Positions 8,800-19,110 of a stretch of 64,000 bases of DNA are shown here, piece by piece. Made by a program: the position numbers and the translations under genes. Within the stretch, counting starts at the first letter, position 1. Each line of letters begins with the position of its first letter. Origin of the DNA: a virus. The stretch lies in the IMG/VR virus record IMGVR_UViG_3300028920_000002, positions 1 through 64,000 of that record, one strand, 5' to 3'. The notes under the pieces were generated by a model. The model ran no database searches. It was not told where the DNA came from and saw nothing but the letters and a program-made list of their open reading frames with translations.

Positions 8800-9637
8800 C
8801 CTGTAGCTCCTCCTGAAGACGTTCGATGTCACTTGCTTCGATGCTGGGTTCTTCCAGCTGGTCGCCGTAGACCTCATGCACGAAGCGGATGTAGATTTGG
8901 CTGGCCTTCGCCATCGCTTTGACGAAGGACTCGACCGGATTCTTGAAGCGTTTGTCCTCCTTCATCCTCAGCACCCACGCTGGGTGGAAGATGGGGATGG
9001 TGAGGTACTCCACGCTGTTCTGCTCGACCGGCATGACGTACTGGCCGCGCAGTTTGCGGAGCCACTGCTTCCGCTTCTCGGTCAGCTGAGGGCTGTAGCC
9101 AGCGCCTGGGATTTTGGCTATGTGAGTAGTGCCATTCTCCGACATCATCGTGATGGACCGATTGAGCACAGCTTCGCTGGCAGCGACGCCAAGCGTCACG
9201 ATGATGACTGGGTCCACGAGGTAAATCTCCTCGTGTAGTCGAGGCAGACAGCTGTTCACCTCAAGTTTGGAGGGTGGCTTGTCGATGATGACTGGCTCAC
9301 GCCCGTGCTTGCCATTCCTCCATCGGAGGTTGCCCTCGAGGTCGGCGGCCTGCCCACAAGAGCGGCAGCACACCACGTTGCTGATGTAGGTGTTCTGCTC
9401 AACCTTGCACTCACGAAGTACCATGCGCAGGAATTGGCCAGACTTACCGACGAATGGACGCCCTTCAGCGTCCTCGTCTTTGCCCGGACCTTCGCCGATG
9501 ACCATCATTCCTCGGACCGGACCTTCGCCGAAGACGAATTGCCCTCCAGACGAAGCACGGTACTGGCCAAGGCCGCACGCTTGGCAGCCCTCCCACTCAC
9601 TGCGGAGGACTGCCAGCGACCTGGTGAAGTCAGGCAT
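8792..9637 (-). CDS. Uracil-DNA glycosylase, family 4 (Fe-S type)
   Basis: CQACGL, VFGEGP..MMVIGEGPGKDED.EGRPFVGKSG, YISNVVCCR, C...L..EI..VDP..IVTLG, IFHPAWVLR. Confidence 0.88.
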   Translation of the reverse strand: MPDFTRSLAVLRSEWEGCQACGLGQYRASSGGQFVFGEGPVRGMMVIGEGPGKDEDAEGRPFVGKSGQFLRMVLRECKVEQNTYISNVVCCRSCGQAADLEGNLRWRNGKHGREPVIIDKPPSKLEVNSCLPRLHEEIYLVDPVIIVTLGVAASEAVLNRSITMMSENGTTHIAKIPGAGYSPQLTEKRKQWLRKLRGQYVMPVEQNSVEYLTIPIFHPAWVLRMKEDKRFKNPVESFVKAMAKASQIYIRFVHEVYGDQLEEPSIEASDIERLQEELQDG

Positions 9638-10118
9638 CGTACGGCCCGCGGCCCCCCGTCGGCATCTTGTCGGTCACCTCTATGCCGGACCTCTTGGCCC
9701 GAACCTTTGCGAGGGAATCCTGCAACCTGCGGCGAACGTCTTCCACAAGTTCTTTGTACCCGAGCCGGTCATCTTCTTCCAACTCGTCGAGGAAGTGGGC
9801 GGTGTCGATTGCAGAACAGCGGAACCACTTCTGCACGTCGCACATGCAGTCGTTGATGGACATGCACTGAGTGACTTTGCCCAGGCCAGCCTGCGGGTGT
9901 TGGACCATCATGTCCTTGAAGATGTAGCAAGGCTTCAGTAGGACCGTGTAGCCCTCTCCACCTCTGAAGAGGAACGACCTGGCATCGACTCCTCCTACTC
10001 CGTCAAAGCGGTTGCCCTTCGAGTTCACGAAGTATTCAATCGCTCCGATGTAGGACTCTCCTCCACGGAGAGTCACAACTGTCCAAACGCGTCCTTCAAA
10101 GATGTCGCTTTTTGCCAT
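9630..10118 (-). CDS. Hypothetical protein
   Basis: 162-aa ORF overlapping both neighbours. Confidence 0.65.
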   Translation of the reverse strand: MAKSDIFEGRVWTVVTLRGGESYIGAIEYFVNSKGNRFDGVGGVDARSFLFRGGEGYTVLLKPCYIFKDMMVQHPQAGLGKVTQCMSINDCMCDVQKWFRCSAIDTAHFLDELEEDDRLGYKELVEDVRRRLQDSLAKVRAKRSGIEVTDKMPTGGRGPYDA

Positions 10119-11821
10119 CGCTTTGTCTGTGGGTTGTCAACGTACTCGAAGTCGAACGGCCCACCTTCTTCGTGCGGCCACGACCTCAAGTGAGATTCGA
10201 GTTTCTGGCACATGCCATGCATCACGCCGATGTTGTCTCGGTAGATGACGATGAGAGGCGGTTTCTTACCTGCTCGGATGCGGGTCGGTCGACCCTTCAG
10301 CTGCTGGAGGCCGTTCTTGCTAGAGAAGGGCGTGCTCACCAACACGGTATCGAGCTCGGGGCAGTCCAGCCCCTCCTTGCCATATTTGGTGATGGCGAAG
10401 ACCACGGGGCGTGAGTCCAGGAACTCCTGACGCCTTGCCGGCGGCACCCCGTAGGTCATCACTCCAGCGCTGCTGACCTCGTCAATCAGCGTTCTCAGGA
10501 ACGCCTTCTGCCTCTTCTCCAGCTCTCGCAGAATCTTGCGATGTACTTGGTAGCGCTCCCAGTCTTGCTCCATGGAGGCCAGCTGCCCCTCCAGCTCAGC
10601 CTGCTTCGTTGGGTTGTGCGGCTTCTCGACCAGCTTCTTCTGCTTGGCGATGTTCGCCTTGAGCCGCTTGCCCTCCTTGTCGTCGAGTGCCAGTGGGGTG
10701 AGAGTTGAGCCGACGTCGGTGTTCGTCGGGGTTGGTACGTCTGAGTACAACGGCGTGTGCGGGCCCCTGGTCCACAGCGTCATGAGGTTGACCACCTCGT
10801 CCACGCTGTTGGAGAGCAGGAGCACCTTGCGCCCAGTACTCACGGCGTCGATGCAATCCTGCACCAGTACCCACAGTCGGTGACGCCACTTTCCGAGGTA
10901 GGTGTACACCTTAGAGGTGTGAATCTCACCATTGACGTCCGTGACGTCGCAGGTTGGGTCGGTCAGGTCCAGTTCCAGTCCAGTCCACTTGAAGATGATG
11001 CGAGACGGCATCATTTCTCGTAGGTCCTTGAACAGCACGCGTCCAACGTGCATGTCGGCGATGATATGCATCCCGTCATCACGTTCTGGGGTTGCAGTCA
11101 GCAAGAAGCGGAAGCCGTAGAACAACGGCGCACTCTTGGAGAACACGGGCGCGCTGAGATGATGTCCTTCATCCCAGAAGGCGGAGCCGAACCATGACCG
11201 GACCTCCTCCGGCATGGTATCCGCCCAGTTGGCGACCGAGTGGTACGTTCCGAGCACAAGGCCCTTCTTCCAGTCCTTCTTGCCGCCGGCTATGACGCCT
11301 ACGCCACCGGGGACCACCAAGTGCTCTCGGATGTCGTCCATCCACTGGTGAAAGAGATTGGTGTTGTCCAGCATGATGATGGCTGGCATCTGACTGCGTG
11401 CGATGTATTCAAGAGCGATGATGGTCTTACCTTTGCCACACGCTAGTTGAAGTACGCCGCCCATCGCTTGCTGCAGCGCACCCATGGATTTCTGCTGTAC
11501 GTCATCCCCGGTGGGGATGAGCTTGCCCTCAACTTTCAGGTGGTCGAGCTTGATGCGGGTCTTGAAAGAGACCTGAGTGAACCGGCGTGGGCGGCAGTCC
11601 ACTACATCGAAGGGCAGAGAAGAGGGATTCCAGTACGCTCGTGGTACGAGCAGGTGGTGTGGTGCCTCCTTGTACAGGTACACGAGCTTCTCGTGGCCCG
11701 AGTAGTCCGCAATCTTGTGTGTCAGAGACTGCTTCACGCTGTTGACGTTCACAAATGACTGCGGAATCCAGAGCCAGTCGTCGATGTAGCCCTTGTTGGG
11801 GTCCCTTCGTACTACTCTCAT
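10073..11821 (-). CDS. Superfamily 2 helicase (UvsW/XPB-like)
   Basis: LACGKGKT, FWDEGHH, LLTATPERDDG, GKEGLDCPELD, QQLKGRPTR. Confidence 0.9.
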   Translation of the reverse strand: MRVVRRDPNKGYIDDWLWIPQSFVNVNSVKQSLTHKIADYSGHEKLVYLYKEAPHHLLVPRAYWNPSSLPFDVVDCRPRRFTQVSFKTRIKLDHLKVEGKLIPTGDDVQQKSMGALQQAMGGVLQLACGKGKTIIALEYIARSQMPAIIMLDNTNLFHQWMDDIREHLVVPGGVGVIAGGKKDWKKGLVLGTYHSVANWADTMPEEVRSWFGSAFWDEGHHLSAPVFSKSAPLFYGFRFLLTATPERDDGMHIIADMHVGRVLFKDLREMMPSRIIFKWTGLELDLTDPTCDVTDVNGEIHTSKVYTYLGKWRHRLWVLVQDCIDAVSTGRKVLLLSNSVDEVVNLMTLWTRGPHTPLYSDVPTPTNTDVGSTLTPLALDDKEGKRLKANIAKQKKLVEKPHNPTKQAELEGQLASMEQDWERYQVHRKILRELEKRQKAFLRTLIDEVSSAGVMTYGVPPARRQEFLDSRPVVFAITKYGKEGLDCPELDTVLVSTPFSSKNGLQQLKGRPTRIRAGKKPPLIVIYRDNIGVMHGMCQKLESHLRSWPHEEGGPFDFEYVDNPQTKRWQKATSLKDAFGQL

Positions 11822-11830
11822 CGTTGTTCC

Positions 11831-12439
11831 TCAGCCCGCCTTGGGCGCCTCGTAGGGCGTGACGGTTGAATGGTCGAAGAAGTTGGCTGCAGTGTGGCAG
11901 CCGGCCTTGCCCATGGCGCGCAGTAGGTTGTGCGCGAGCCTCCAGTACCAAGGCACGTCCACATTGTAGGGCTCCGGGACCGTCAGATAGCTAGGAATTT
12001 GCATTCCCAGCCCCGGAACGTTCATCGGTACGAAGGCGGGTAGTCCTGCCCACGACGGAGGCACCATCTGCGGGCCGGTCATGCCCTGCCAGGTTCCTTG
12101 TGGGCTCATGTTTGGGGGTAGAACAGGAGGCGCTGGGGGCCTTGGCGCACTGGTGTTCTGCCAGATTTGCTGTTGTGGTGGTGCGACCACCATCGGAGCA
12201 GTGGGTACACTCGGAACTTGGGGCAAAGATGGAATGAGATTCTGCTGTGGTGCGGCCGGGGCCGCCGCTGCAGCTTTGCGTCGGTTGGTCTCGGTGGCAC
12301 AAGTACTGAAGTACTTGCATCGCTCTCGGCGATTTGAGCCATTCTGTGGGTGAACATAGGCCGGGTCATTCCCGCCGGCACACAGGACGTTGGTGGCATC
12401 CCAGCTCACGCCGTAGCACGGTACAGTCGGATTGGTCAT
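11831..12439 (-). CDS. Hypothetical protein with Cys-rich N-terminus and Pro-rich linker
   Basis: GGAGG RBS; PCYG..LC..RC..C, then low-complexity region. Confidence 0.7.
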   Translation of the reverse strand: MTNPTVPCYGVSWDATNVLCAGGNDPAYVHPQNGSNRRERCKYFSTCATETNRRKAAAAAPAAPQQNLIPSLPQVPSVPTAPMVVAPPQQQIWQNTSAPRPPAPPVLPPNMSPQGTWQGMTGPQMVPPSWAGLPAFVPMNVPGLGMQIPSYLTVPEPYNVDVPWYWRLAHNLLRAMGKAGCHTAANFFDHSTVTPYEAPKAG

Positions 12440-12474
12440 CAAACCTCCTGGACGTTAGTCCTTCATCCGCTTCT

Positions 12475-12527
12475 CTTATCCCCGGACATCGAATACTCTT
12501 GCAGGAGCGGCGCCCCGCATTTACGCT
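12475..12527. promoter_or_regulatory. Back-to-back promoter pair sharing hexamer 12499-12504
   Basis: Plus: TTGCAG-N17-TACGCT (12499-12527); minus: CTGCAA-N15-GGGGATAAG (12504-12475). Confidence 0.6.
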
Positions 12528-12542
12528 GTTTTGGAGGTCTTC

Positions 12543-13049
12543 ATGGAGAAGCTCAGCGGCCTGGTTCTGGACCCGGCGGACGACCACGACGGAGCCATCC
12601 TCCGCTCCATCTTTCCCGCCGAGTCGGACGTGCCGGAGCTCATCAAGCAGGCGGAGTACTTGAGCCCTGAACGGCGCACGAAGCTGCCGGACGACTTGTT
12701 CGCGCTGATTCTTCAGAGCGATGATGTGTCTCTGCGCAAGTACGCCTGTGCGGACGCAGGGAACACGGCACTCAGCACCGAGTACTTCATGAAGACGGCG
12801 CACAAGTTGCCGGTAGAGGCGCAGAAGGTCGCCGCCTCAAACCTCGTGAAGGCGTGTGCCTGGTATGGCATCGAGCCTCCCGAGCAGCTCGAGAAGGTTG
12901 CTATTGGTCTGCTGACCATGGGTGTTGGTGCCCTGGCTGCCCCAGGTGCTATGCGTCAGGCGAAATCCAACCTGCAGATGGCCAAGCAGTCTCCCGGCAT
13001 CGTCAACCCAGAAGTGACCAAGGCCCCCGTGGTGCCGAAGATGAGGTGA
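12543..13049 (+). CDS. Putative head protein with DUF6582-like domain
   Basis: GGAGG RBS before ATG 12543; KLPDDLFAL..RKY..DA..A..NLVKAC.WYGI; K-x-A sites (MKTAH, EKVAI). Confidence 0.6.
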   Translation: MEKLSGLVLDPADDHDGAILRSIFPAESDVPELIKQAEYLSPERRTKLPDDLFALILQSDDVSLRKYACADAGNTALSTEYFMKTAHKLPVEAQKVAASNLVKACAWYGIEPPEQLEKVAIGLLTMGVGALAAPGAMRQAKSNLQMAKQSPGIVNPEVTKAPVVPKMR

Positions 13050-13052
13050 AGC

Positions 13053-13958
13053 ATGGTCGAGAAAGAAACTCGGCAGCAGTTGTGGCGAAGCATGGGACGC
13101 ATCCTGCACAAGGAGGCGGAACTCGCTGAGACCTACGATATGCCGCTGAGCCCTCCACCCAGCAAGAAGGACCGCGGCAAGGAGAAGACAGTCATCGACA
13201 AGGTCGGCTCTCTGCAACCTCATGTGGACGTGTCCGGGCTCGAGCCGCCGGGAGAGGTGAAGCAGGCGTCCGTCAGTCGCTTCGCCATGCCTTCTCAGCA
13301 GCGCTACCCGCTGGACAGCTACGCCCAGGTGAAGCAGGCAGAAGCCTACTTCATGGAGAACTTCGGCCTGCTACCTCCGAGAGACCGGCATGAATACTGC
13401 GAGAATCTCGTCGGGCGGGCGGGGGAGCTGGCCATCGGCGTGAGCCCGCTCATCGAGAAGTACGGCTCGAGCACCTACGCTACCGCGGAGCAGGTGGGCA
13501 TCGCCATCGACGGACGGCGCTCCATCCTGAAGGACCCGGAGCACGTGGAGCTTCTGGACAAGCTGGCACACATTCGGGTGCACACCCCACCTCAAGTCTT
13601 CGCTGATTCGCTGGCCGAGTTCGACAAGCTTGCCGGCATCGACGAGTACTACGGTCAGGACATCCCGGACCCGTACTACTCAACCTTCGGCAAGACCGCC
13701 GAGAAGCAGGAGAGCGAGACCAGCCCTGAGGGTGCCGTCGTCGTGGGCAATGAGTACGTCACTCAGAGAAAGCTGGTGGAATTCTCCAAGCGTGGGAGCG
13801 GCATCATCTCCAAACGATTCGGCGAAGACTTCCAGAAGGAGTTCACCCAGGACCCCGTGGGCATCCTCAAGTCCTTGCCGCGCGACCAGCAGCTCGTCAT
13901 CATGCGGCTGGCCAACACGGACGAGGTGGTCGGCGTCACTGCGCCGTACGGCGGGTAG
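13053..13958 (+). CDS. Putative head protein with DUF6582-like domain
   Basis: SRFAMPSQQRYPLDSYAQVKQAEAYF; HKEAE, VKQAS, DKLAH, GKTAE. Confidence 0.6.
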   Translation: MVEKETRQQLWRSMGRILHKEAELAETYDMPLSPPPSKKDRGKEKTVIDKVGSLQPHVDVSGLEPPGEVKQASVSRFAMPSQQRYPLDSYAQVKQAEAYFMENFGLLPPRDRHEYCENLVGRAGELAIGVSPLIEKYGSSTYATAEQVGIAIDGRRSILKDPEHVELLDKLAHIRVHTPPQVFADSLAEFDKLAGIDEYYGQDIPDPYYSTFGKTAEKQESETSPEGAVVVGNEYVTQRKLVEFSKRGSGIISKRFGEDFQKEFTQDPVGILKSLPRDQQLVIMRLANTDEVVGVTAPYGG

Positions 13959-13961
13959 TCC

Positions 13962-14798
13962 ATGGACGCTCCGCTCGATTTCGAGCAACGACTCAAGCGG
14001 GCGTTGGATAGCCTCGGCCTGCGCAAGACAGCTGCGCCCTACAAGGTGCCCGCGGGGGATGTCGGTCTACCCGAGGACGGTGATGTCGACAACACCGTGG
14101 AGGTGGAGACGACTCAGGGTGACCGCCAGGCCAGCGACGCAATCTCAGAGAAGCCGTTCCCGAATCCCGTAGGAATCAACCTGTTTCAGCACCCGAGCTC
14201 ACATCCCATCGTGCTGGACCTGGCTCTGCTCAAGAAGTACGGCCCGGAGTGGATGGACTGGGAGCCGGAGATTCTGGCGTGGCGCATTCCTCAGGACTTC
14301 AGGACCGCGTCGGTCAGCGACCTGAACATGAACAAGCTGCAGGCCACGAAGACTCTGCACTACGTGGACAGCTACTGGAGTGAGTGGGAGGTCTTCGTTC
14401 CCTGCACTATGTCGTTCAACGGTTTGCTCCCGGACTTCGAGGTCATGCAGGTGCCGACGGTGGCGCAGTGCATGGTCAGCGTGGACGTGGCCAACCGCAT
14501 TCGCCAGGATGTTTCATGGGGTGAAGAGCTGAAGGAGTACCTCTCCGTGGTGCACTTCCACGAGGGTATCTTCTGCCCCATCGAGCCACTCGAGTTCGTC
14601 AAGGTGGACGGTGAGGACTACCCTGTAGAGTGCGCAATAGTGCGTGAGTTGTGGCCACAGGTGCGCAAGACTGGGCGAGTCCCATCAACCAGTCCTGTTG
14701 AAGAAGAGCAGCTGCATCGACTGCTGCTCGTGCGAGAATATCTCGAGGAGAGCCGAGAGCTTCTTCGACAACAGCTGCCCCTCATCATCGATGCCTAG
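13962..14798 (+). CDS. Hypothetical virion-module protein
   Basis: 278 aa; N-terminal LGLRKTAA then acidic linker and globular region. Confidence 0.7.
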   Translation: MDAPLDFEQRLKRALDSLGLRKTAAPYKVPAGDVGLPEDGDVDNTVEVETTQGDRQASDAISEKPFPNPVGINLFQHPSSHPIVLDLALLKKYGPEWMDWEPEILAWRIPQDFRTASVSDLNMNKLQATKTLHYVDSYWSEWEVFVPCTMSFNGLLPDFEVMQVPTVAQCMVSVDVANRIRQDVSWGEELKEYLSVVHFHEGIFCPIEPLEFVKVDGEDYPVECAIVRELWPQVRKTGRVPSTSPVEEEQLHRLLLVREYLEESRELLRQQLPLIIDA

Positions 14799-16545
14799 AT
14801 TCAGCGAAGAGATAATGCTCGCCTTCGAGGACGAGCTGCAGAAAGAGGCGGCCGGCGCTGGTCAGCTCATGTCCTTTCTGCGCGCTGGAGGGCAGGCTGG
14901 GCTGCGCCGAGGCGCTGGCGTAGGCGCGGTGGGGGGCGGTCTAGCCGGCGGGCTGACCGGGCGTGAGGAGGGCGAGAGGTTCAACGTCGGCCGGGCGCTG
15001 GCGGGCGCCGCGGGCGGCGCGGCCCTCGGCGCTGGCGCCGGGCACTTCGGCTCGAGGGTGATGATGGGCCGGCGGGCCGGATTGGGGCTAGGGGAATCGG
15101 CTCGCATGGCGAAGCAGGACATCGCCGCCACCGTGCGGGGCCTGAGCCCCAAGAGGGTGACGGACGCCGAGAGGGCCAGTGAGGGGCTACGCAAAGCCAT
15201 GGAGCGGGCTCCCACACAGAAGGCGCCGGTGGGCGCGCCTACGAGCGACACCGGCTACCTGCGGGCCTACCGACACATGGACGAGCAGACACGCATCCGG
15301 CGCGGTCTGCCACCCCGCTCCGTCACTCAGCCCAGCCCGCGGGCGCCCGCAGTGAGCGGCGAGGCCACCATCGCCAACCCGGGTGTGGCCCGCCGTAGGG
15401 CGCCTCAGACCGGCGAGGCTACCATTGCCTCTCCAGCTCGCCAGCGGGCGGCACAGCGCGCTGCCGAGCAAGACCTGCCCACCATCATGACCGGCGGGCC
15501 CACGCTCCAGTCAGCTGGTAAGACCACTTTGGCCTCGGCCAAGTATGCTGCCCCCGCCTGGTACACGGCGGCGCGGGGCGCCATGCAGAAAGCGCTGCCG
15601 GGCGCCCAGTCGCGCTTGATGGGCGCTGGTGCTGGCGCGTCCCTGGGAGCCGTGGGCGGGGCCGGGCTCGGCGCCGGGGTTGGCGGCGTCCGCGGCTATC
15701 AGCAGGCCCGACAGCAGGGCGCCACTAAGGGGCAGGCACTGCTCTACGGACTGGGTGGTGGAATGAAGGGCATGGCCTTGGGCGGCGCGGCCGGGTTGAC
15801 CGCGGGCGGCGCGGCCGGCGGCCTGCTGCGCGGTGGAGCAGGGGTAGCGCGGCGTACGGCCGAGCTTGGGGGAGCTACCGGGGCCGTCAGTCGCTTTGGG
15901 CAGCGTCAGATGCATGCTCTCACTGGTGCTCTGCCCCAGGGCATGCCTCGACTTTCAGCTCAGCGGAGTATCGGTGTCGGCGGCGCAGACCTCGCCAGTC
16001 AGCTCAACAAGGCCAAGGCCGGTCTAGCGAAGGCTGCTCCAGGCTCAAGAGAGGCTGCCAGCGCACAGAAGCAGATAGGCTCTCTGTCGAAGGGCATGGA
16101 ACATGCGCGTGCGCTCGAGCAGATGGGGGCTACCAACCTACCTGGATACGTCAAGGCTCTGGCGTCCAGGGATGCAGGTAAGGTGCTCAAGCATACGGCT
16201 GGCTCTCAGTGGCATGGCACTCCCGGTGTAGGGGGCAAGCTCATGGCCTTTGGGATGCCAGCTGGCTTCGTCGGTATGGAGACACTCGGTAAGCCGCAGC
16301 CTGGGCAAGAGGGAGAGAGCAAGCTTCGACGAGGGGCCAAGTCTGTTGCTACGAACCTGCCGTTCCTGCTTCCTATGGGTATGGCTGGTCAACTGGTTGC
16401 TTCCGGCGCTGCAGGTAAGCTGATGGGGCGCCGTGGCGGACGCGTCCCAAACCCGGAGCCAGAGGAGGCGTCGGCATCTGGGGACGTGGAGCGCATCTAC
16501 TCACCGTCTGCGATGGGTAGGCCGCCGGAGGGTATGCTCACATGA
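14791..16545 (+). CDS. Gly/Ala-rich glycine-zipper protein, putative internal head/ejection protein
   Basis: Start at ATG 14791 (MPRFSEEIMLAFEDELQKEAA); several GxxxGxxxG segments among basic stretches. Confidence 0.6.
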   Translation: MPRFSEEIMLAFEDELQKEAAGAGQLMSFLRAGGQAGLRRGAGVGAVGGGLAGGLTGREEGERFNVGRALAGAAGGAALGAGAGHFGSRVMMGRRAGLGLGESARMAKQDIAATVRGLSPKRVTDAERASEGLRKAMERAPTQKAPVGAPTSDTGYLRAYRHMDEQTRIRRGLPPRSVTQPSPRAPAVSGEATIANPGVARRRAPQTGEATIASPARQRAAQRAAEQDLPTIMTGGPTLQSAGKTTLASAKYAAPAWYTAARGAMQKALPGAQSRLMGAGAGASLGAVGGAGLGAGVGGVRGYQQARQQGATKGQALLYGLGGGMKGMALGGAAGLTAGGAAGGLLRGGAGVARRTAELGGATGAVSRFGQRQMHALTGALPQGMPRLSAQRSIGVGGADLASQLNKAKAGLAKAAPGSREAASAQKQIGSLSKGMEHARALEQMGATNLPGYVKALASRDAGKVLKHTAGSQWHGTPGVGGKLMAFGMPAGFVGMETLGKPQPGQEGESKLRRGAKSVATNLPFLLPMGMAGQLVASGAAGKLMGRRGGRVPNPEPEEASASGDVERIYSPSAMGRPPEGMLT

Positions 16546-18599
16546 CCTTTCCCGGGATGTTCAACTTCAGCTGCGGAGCTGCTGGCCCGGGGCGTGGCGG
16601 CGGGTACACACCGGGGCGCATGCGCGGTGGGTTGCAGGGACAAGGTCTCGGTTACCCCAATCCCTTCTTCGACATCGCCCACACGTATCTACCGGCGACC
16701 GTCAAGGAGATGTTCAAGTACTGCCGGTACTACTTCCTGACCAACGCGCTCATCAACGCGACGGTCTTCAAGTTGAGCGAGTACCCCGTCACCGACATCA
16801 TCATCGACCACGAGAACTCTGAGACGAAGAAGCGGTGGGAGGAGTACTTCCACGACCACCTGCAGTACCGGCCGTTCCAGGTTGAGTGCGGGCTCGACTA
16901 CAACACGTACGGCAACTGTCTGGTCAGCCTGAGCTTCCCCTTCCAGAAGTACCTCAAGTGCCGCGGCTGCGGCTACACCGAGCGCGCGGACAAGATTCGC
17001 CCCTTCTGGAAGTTCACCAACTTCGGCTTCCGCATGACCTGTCCGCATTGTGGGACGACCGAGGAGGCCATTGCCAAGGACGTCTACCTGAAGAACGCCA
17101 GCGGCATCAAGCTGCTGCGGTGGAACGTCGAAGACATCGAGATTCAGTACAACGACATCAGCGGTGAGTGCACGTACTACTACACCATTCCCCAGCCGCT
17201 GCGCTCGGACATCGTCATCGGCAAGAAGGAAGTCGTTGAAGGCGTACCCCAAATCTTCATCCAGGCGCTGCGTCAACAGAAGGGCATCATCTTCAGCAAG
17301 GACAACCTCTTCCACCTCAAGCGCCCGACGCTGGCGTGGCAAGACCGCGGCTGGGGCATCCCGCTCATCCTGCCGGTGCTCAAGGATACGTTCTACCTGC
17401 AAATCATGAAGAAGGCGCAGGAGGCGGTGCTGCTCGAGCACGTCGTCCCACTACGCGTTCTTTTCCCACAGGCGGCCTCCGGTACCAGCGACCCGTTCAC
17501 CACCATCAACCTGACCCAGTGGAAGGAACAGGTCGCCAGCGAGATTGCGCGGTGGCGCTACGACCACAACTACATCCCCATCATGCCGCTGCCTCTGGGC
17601 AATCAGAGCATCGGCGGCGACGGCAAGGCTCTTCTGCTCATGCAGGAGATGCAGATGTGGTCAGAGCACATCATCATGGGGATGGGCGTGCCCCGCGAAT
17701 TCCTCATGGGAGGCTTGAGCTATGCCGGCACCAACGTGTCGATGCGGATGCTCGAGAACGCGTTCATCGGTTACATCCTGCGCCACAAGCTGATGGCCAA
17801 CTGGGTGATGAAGATGGTCGCCAACTACATGGAGTGGCCCGAGGCGAAGATTCGCTTCAAGCCCTTCAAGATGGCCGACGACATCCAGCGCAAGGCGTAC
17901 CTGTTCCAACTCAACCAGGCGCAGAAGATTTCGGACACCACGCTGCTCGCCGATGCCGACCTCAACATGGAGGAGGAGGACGAAATCATGGTCCACGAGA
18001 CGGATAAGCGTCTCGAGTCGACCAAGAAGCAGCAGCTCGCGATGGCCCAGATTCAGGGAGAGTCTCAGGTCATCATGATGAAGATGCAGGCCAAGGCACA
18101 GGAGGCCATGCAGGCTGCTCAGATGGGTCCTCAGGCTCCCGGAGAGCCAGGCGGCCCCGAGGGCCCGCTGCCGGGCATGCCGCCCGGTGCTGGCGCCCCT
18201 CCGCCCGGCGCCGCGGGCGTCCCCATGGGCGGCCCTCCAGCGCCCATGCCGGAGGCCGGGGGTGGCGGCCCGACTGGCGGCATGCCTGCTGAGGCACAGA
18301 GCCAACTCGGCGCTGGCCAGGACCTGGGCGCGCCTCCTGGGCAGGAGCAGATGGGTGTGGACCTGGTTCAACTGGCGGAGGGATACGCGGCTCAGGTCGC
18401 TCAGCTCCAGCCGGAGCAACAGGAGCTGGCGCTGCAGGCCATCGAGGCTCAGAGTCCCGAGCTTGCTCAGCTGGTGCAGCAGTTCATGTCCCTCATGATG
18501 CGCGGCCAAGCTGGGCAGCACTTGGGCGGGGAGCCCCAAGTAGACATGCGCCCACTGCCGGAGAAGCTGCCGCCGCGGCGTGAAGCGGCGATGGTCTGA
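16542..18599 (+). CDS. Portal protein with Zn-ribbon insertion and Pro/Gly-rich tail
   Basis: ECGLDYNTYGNCLV, FHLKRP..GWGIPLI, MGVPREFLMGG.SY; CRGCG..CPHCG insert; first large gene of the virion arm. Confidence 0.78.
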   Translation: MTFPGMFNFSCGAAGPGRGGGYTPGRMRGGLQGQGLGYPNPFFDIAHTYLPATVKEMFKYCRYYFLTNALINATVFKLSEYPVTDIIIDHENSETKKRWEEYFHDHLQYRPFQVECGLDYNTYGNCLVSLSFPFQKYLKCRGCGYTERADKIRPFWKFTNFGFRMTCPHCGTTEEAIAKDVYLKNASGIKLLRWNVEDIEIQYNDISGECTYYYTIPQPLRSDIVIGKKEVVEGVPQIFIQALRQQKGIIFSKDNLFHLKRPTLAWQDRGWGIPLILPVLKDTFYLQIMKKAQEAVLLEHVVPLRVLFPQAASGTSDPFTTINLTQWKEQVASEIARWRYDHNYIPIMPLPLGNQSIGGDGKALLLMQEMQMWSEHIIMGMGVPREFLMGGLSYAGTNVSMRMLENAFIGYILRHKLMANWVMKMVANYMEWPEAKIRFKPFKMADDIQRKAYLFQLNQAQKISDTTLLADADLNMEEEDEIMVHETDKRLESTKKQQLAMAQIQGESQVIMMKMQAKAQEAMQAAQMGPQAPGEPGGPEGPLPGMPPGAGAPPPGAAGVPMGGPPAPMPEAGGGGPTGGMPAEAQSQLGAGQDLGAPPGQEQMGVDLVQLAEGYAAQVAQLQPEQQELALQAIEAQSPELAQLVQQFMSLMMRGQAGQHLGGEPQVDMRPLPEKLPPRREAAMV

Positions 18600-18672
18600 A
18601 CTGAGGGCTAGAGAAGAGGACCCGCACGGATGGGTCCTTTCGGGAGCCCGCTGCTCCCTCTTCTCCTCGTCG

Positions 18673-19110
18673 CTACTTCTTGCTCATGGAGCCGGCGACG
18701 GCACCGGCGAGGAAGCCGATGGCGGCGGCAGCGGCTTCGGAGCTGGAGTCGCGACGGACGCGGTGCTCGACGACGGTGCGGGTGCGCACGACCGGCCGCT
18801 CGACGACGACGGTGCGGGTCACCGTGTGGCGGGGGCGGCGCCCGTTGTCGCGCGAGTGGTCCGGCGTGGCCTCCTTGAAGGTGTCGTCCCAGCGCACGCG
18901 CTTGCAGTGGTGGCGCCGCTGGCAGTCGAACACCTCTTCGGGGACGCGCACGACGGGCACGCGCTCGGTTTCGGCGAAGGGCCCATCCTTGCGGATGAGG
19001 TACCACTGCCGTTCACCGTGCAGGTACTCGAAGAGGGCATCGCTGATGCCGATGTCCCAGTTGCGCCAACGACGGACGGGATTGCCTGAGGGGGTTCGGA
19101 GATTCATCAT
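18673..19110 (-). CDS. Hypothetical protein with C-terminal glycine-zipper-like helix
   Basis: ATG 19110 after GGAG; ends AAAAAIGFLAGAVAGSMSKK. Confidence 0.6.
   Translation of the reverse strand: MMNLRTPSGNPVRRWRNWDIGISDALFEYLHGERQWYLIRKDGPFAETERVPVVRVPEEVFDCQRRHHCKRVRWDDTFKEATPDHSRDNGRRPRHTVTRTVVVERPVVRTRTVVEHRVRRDSSSEAAAAAIGFLAGAVAGSMSKK

Noticed and set aside
15350-15440. GEATIANP/GEATIASP duplication
   Set aside because: Real short internal repeat, but only two copies within a disordered linker
14791-16545. Tape measure protein
   Set aside because: Too short, next to the portal rather than the tube, basic and Gly-rich, with the head-type leader
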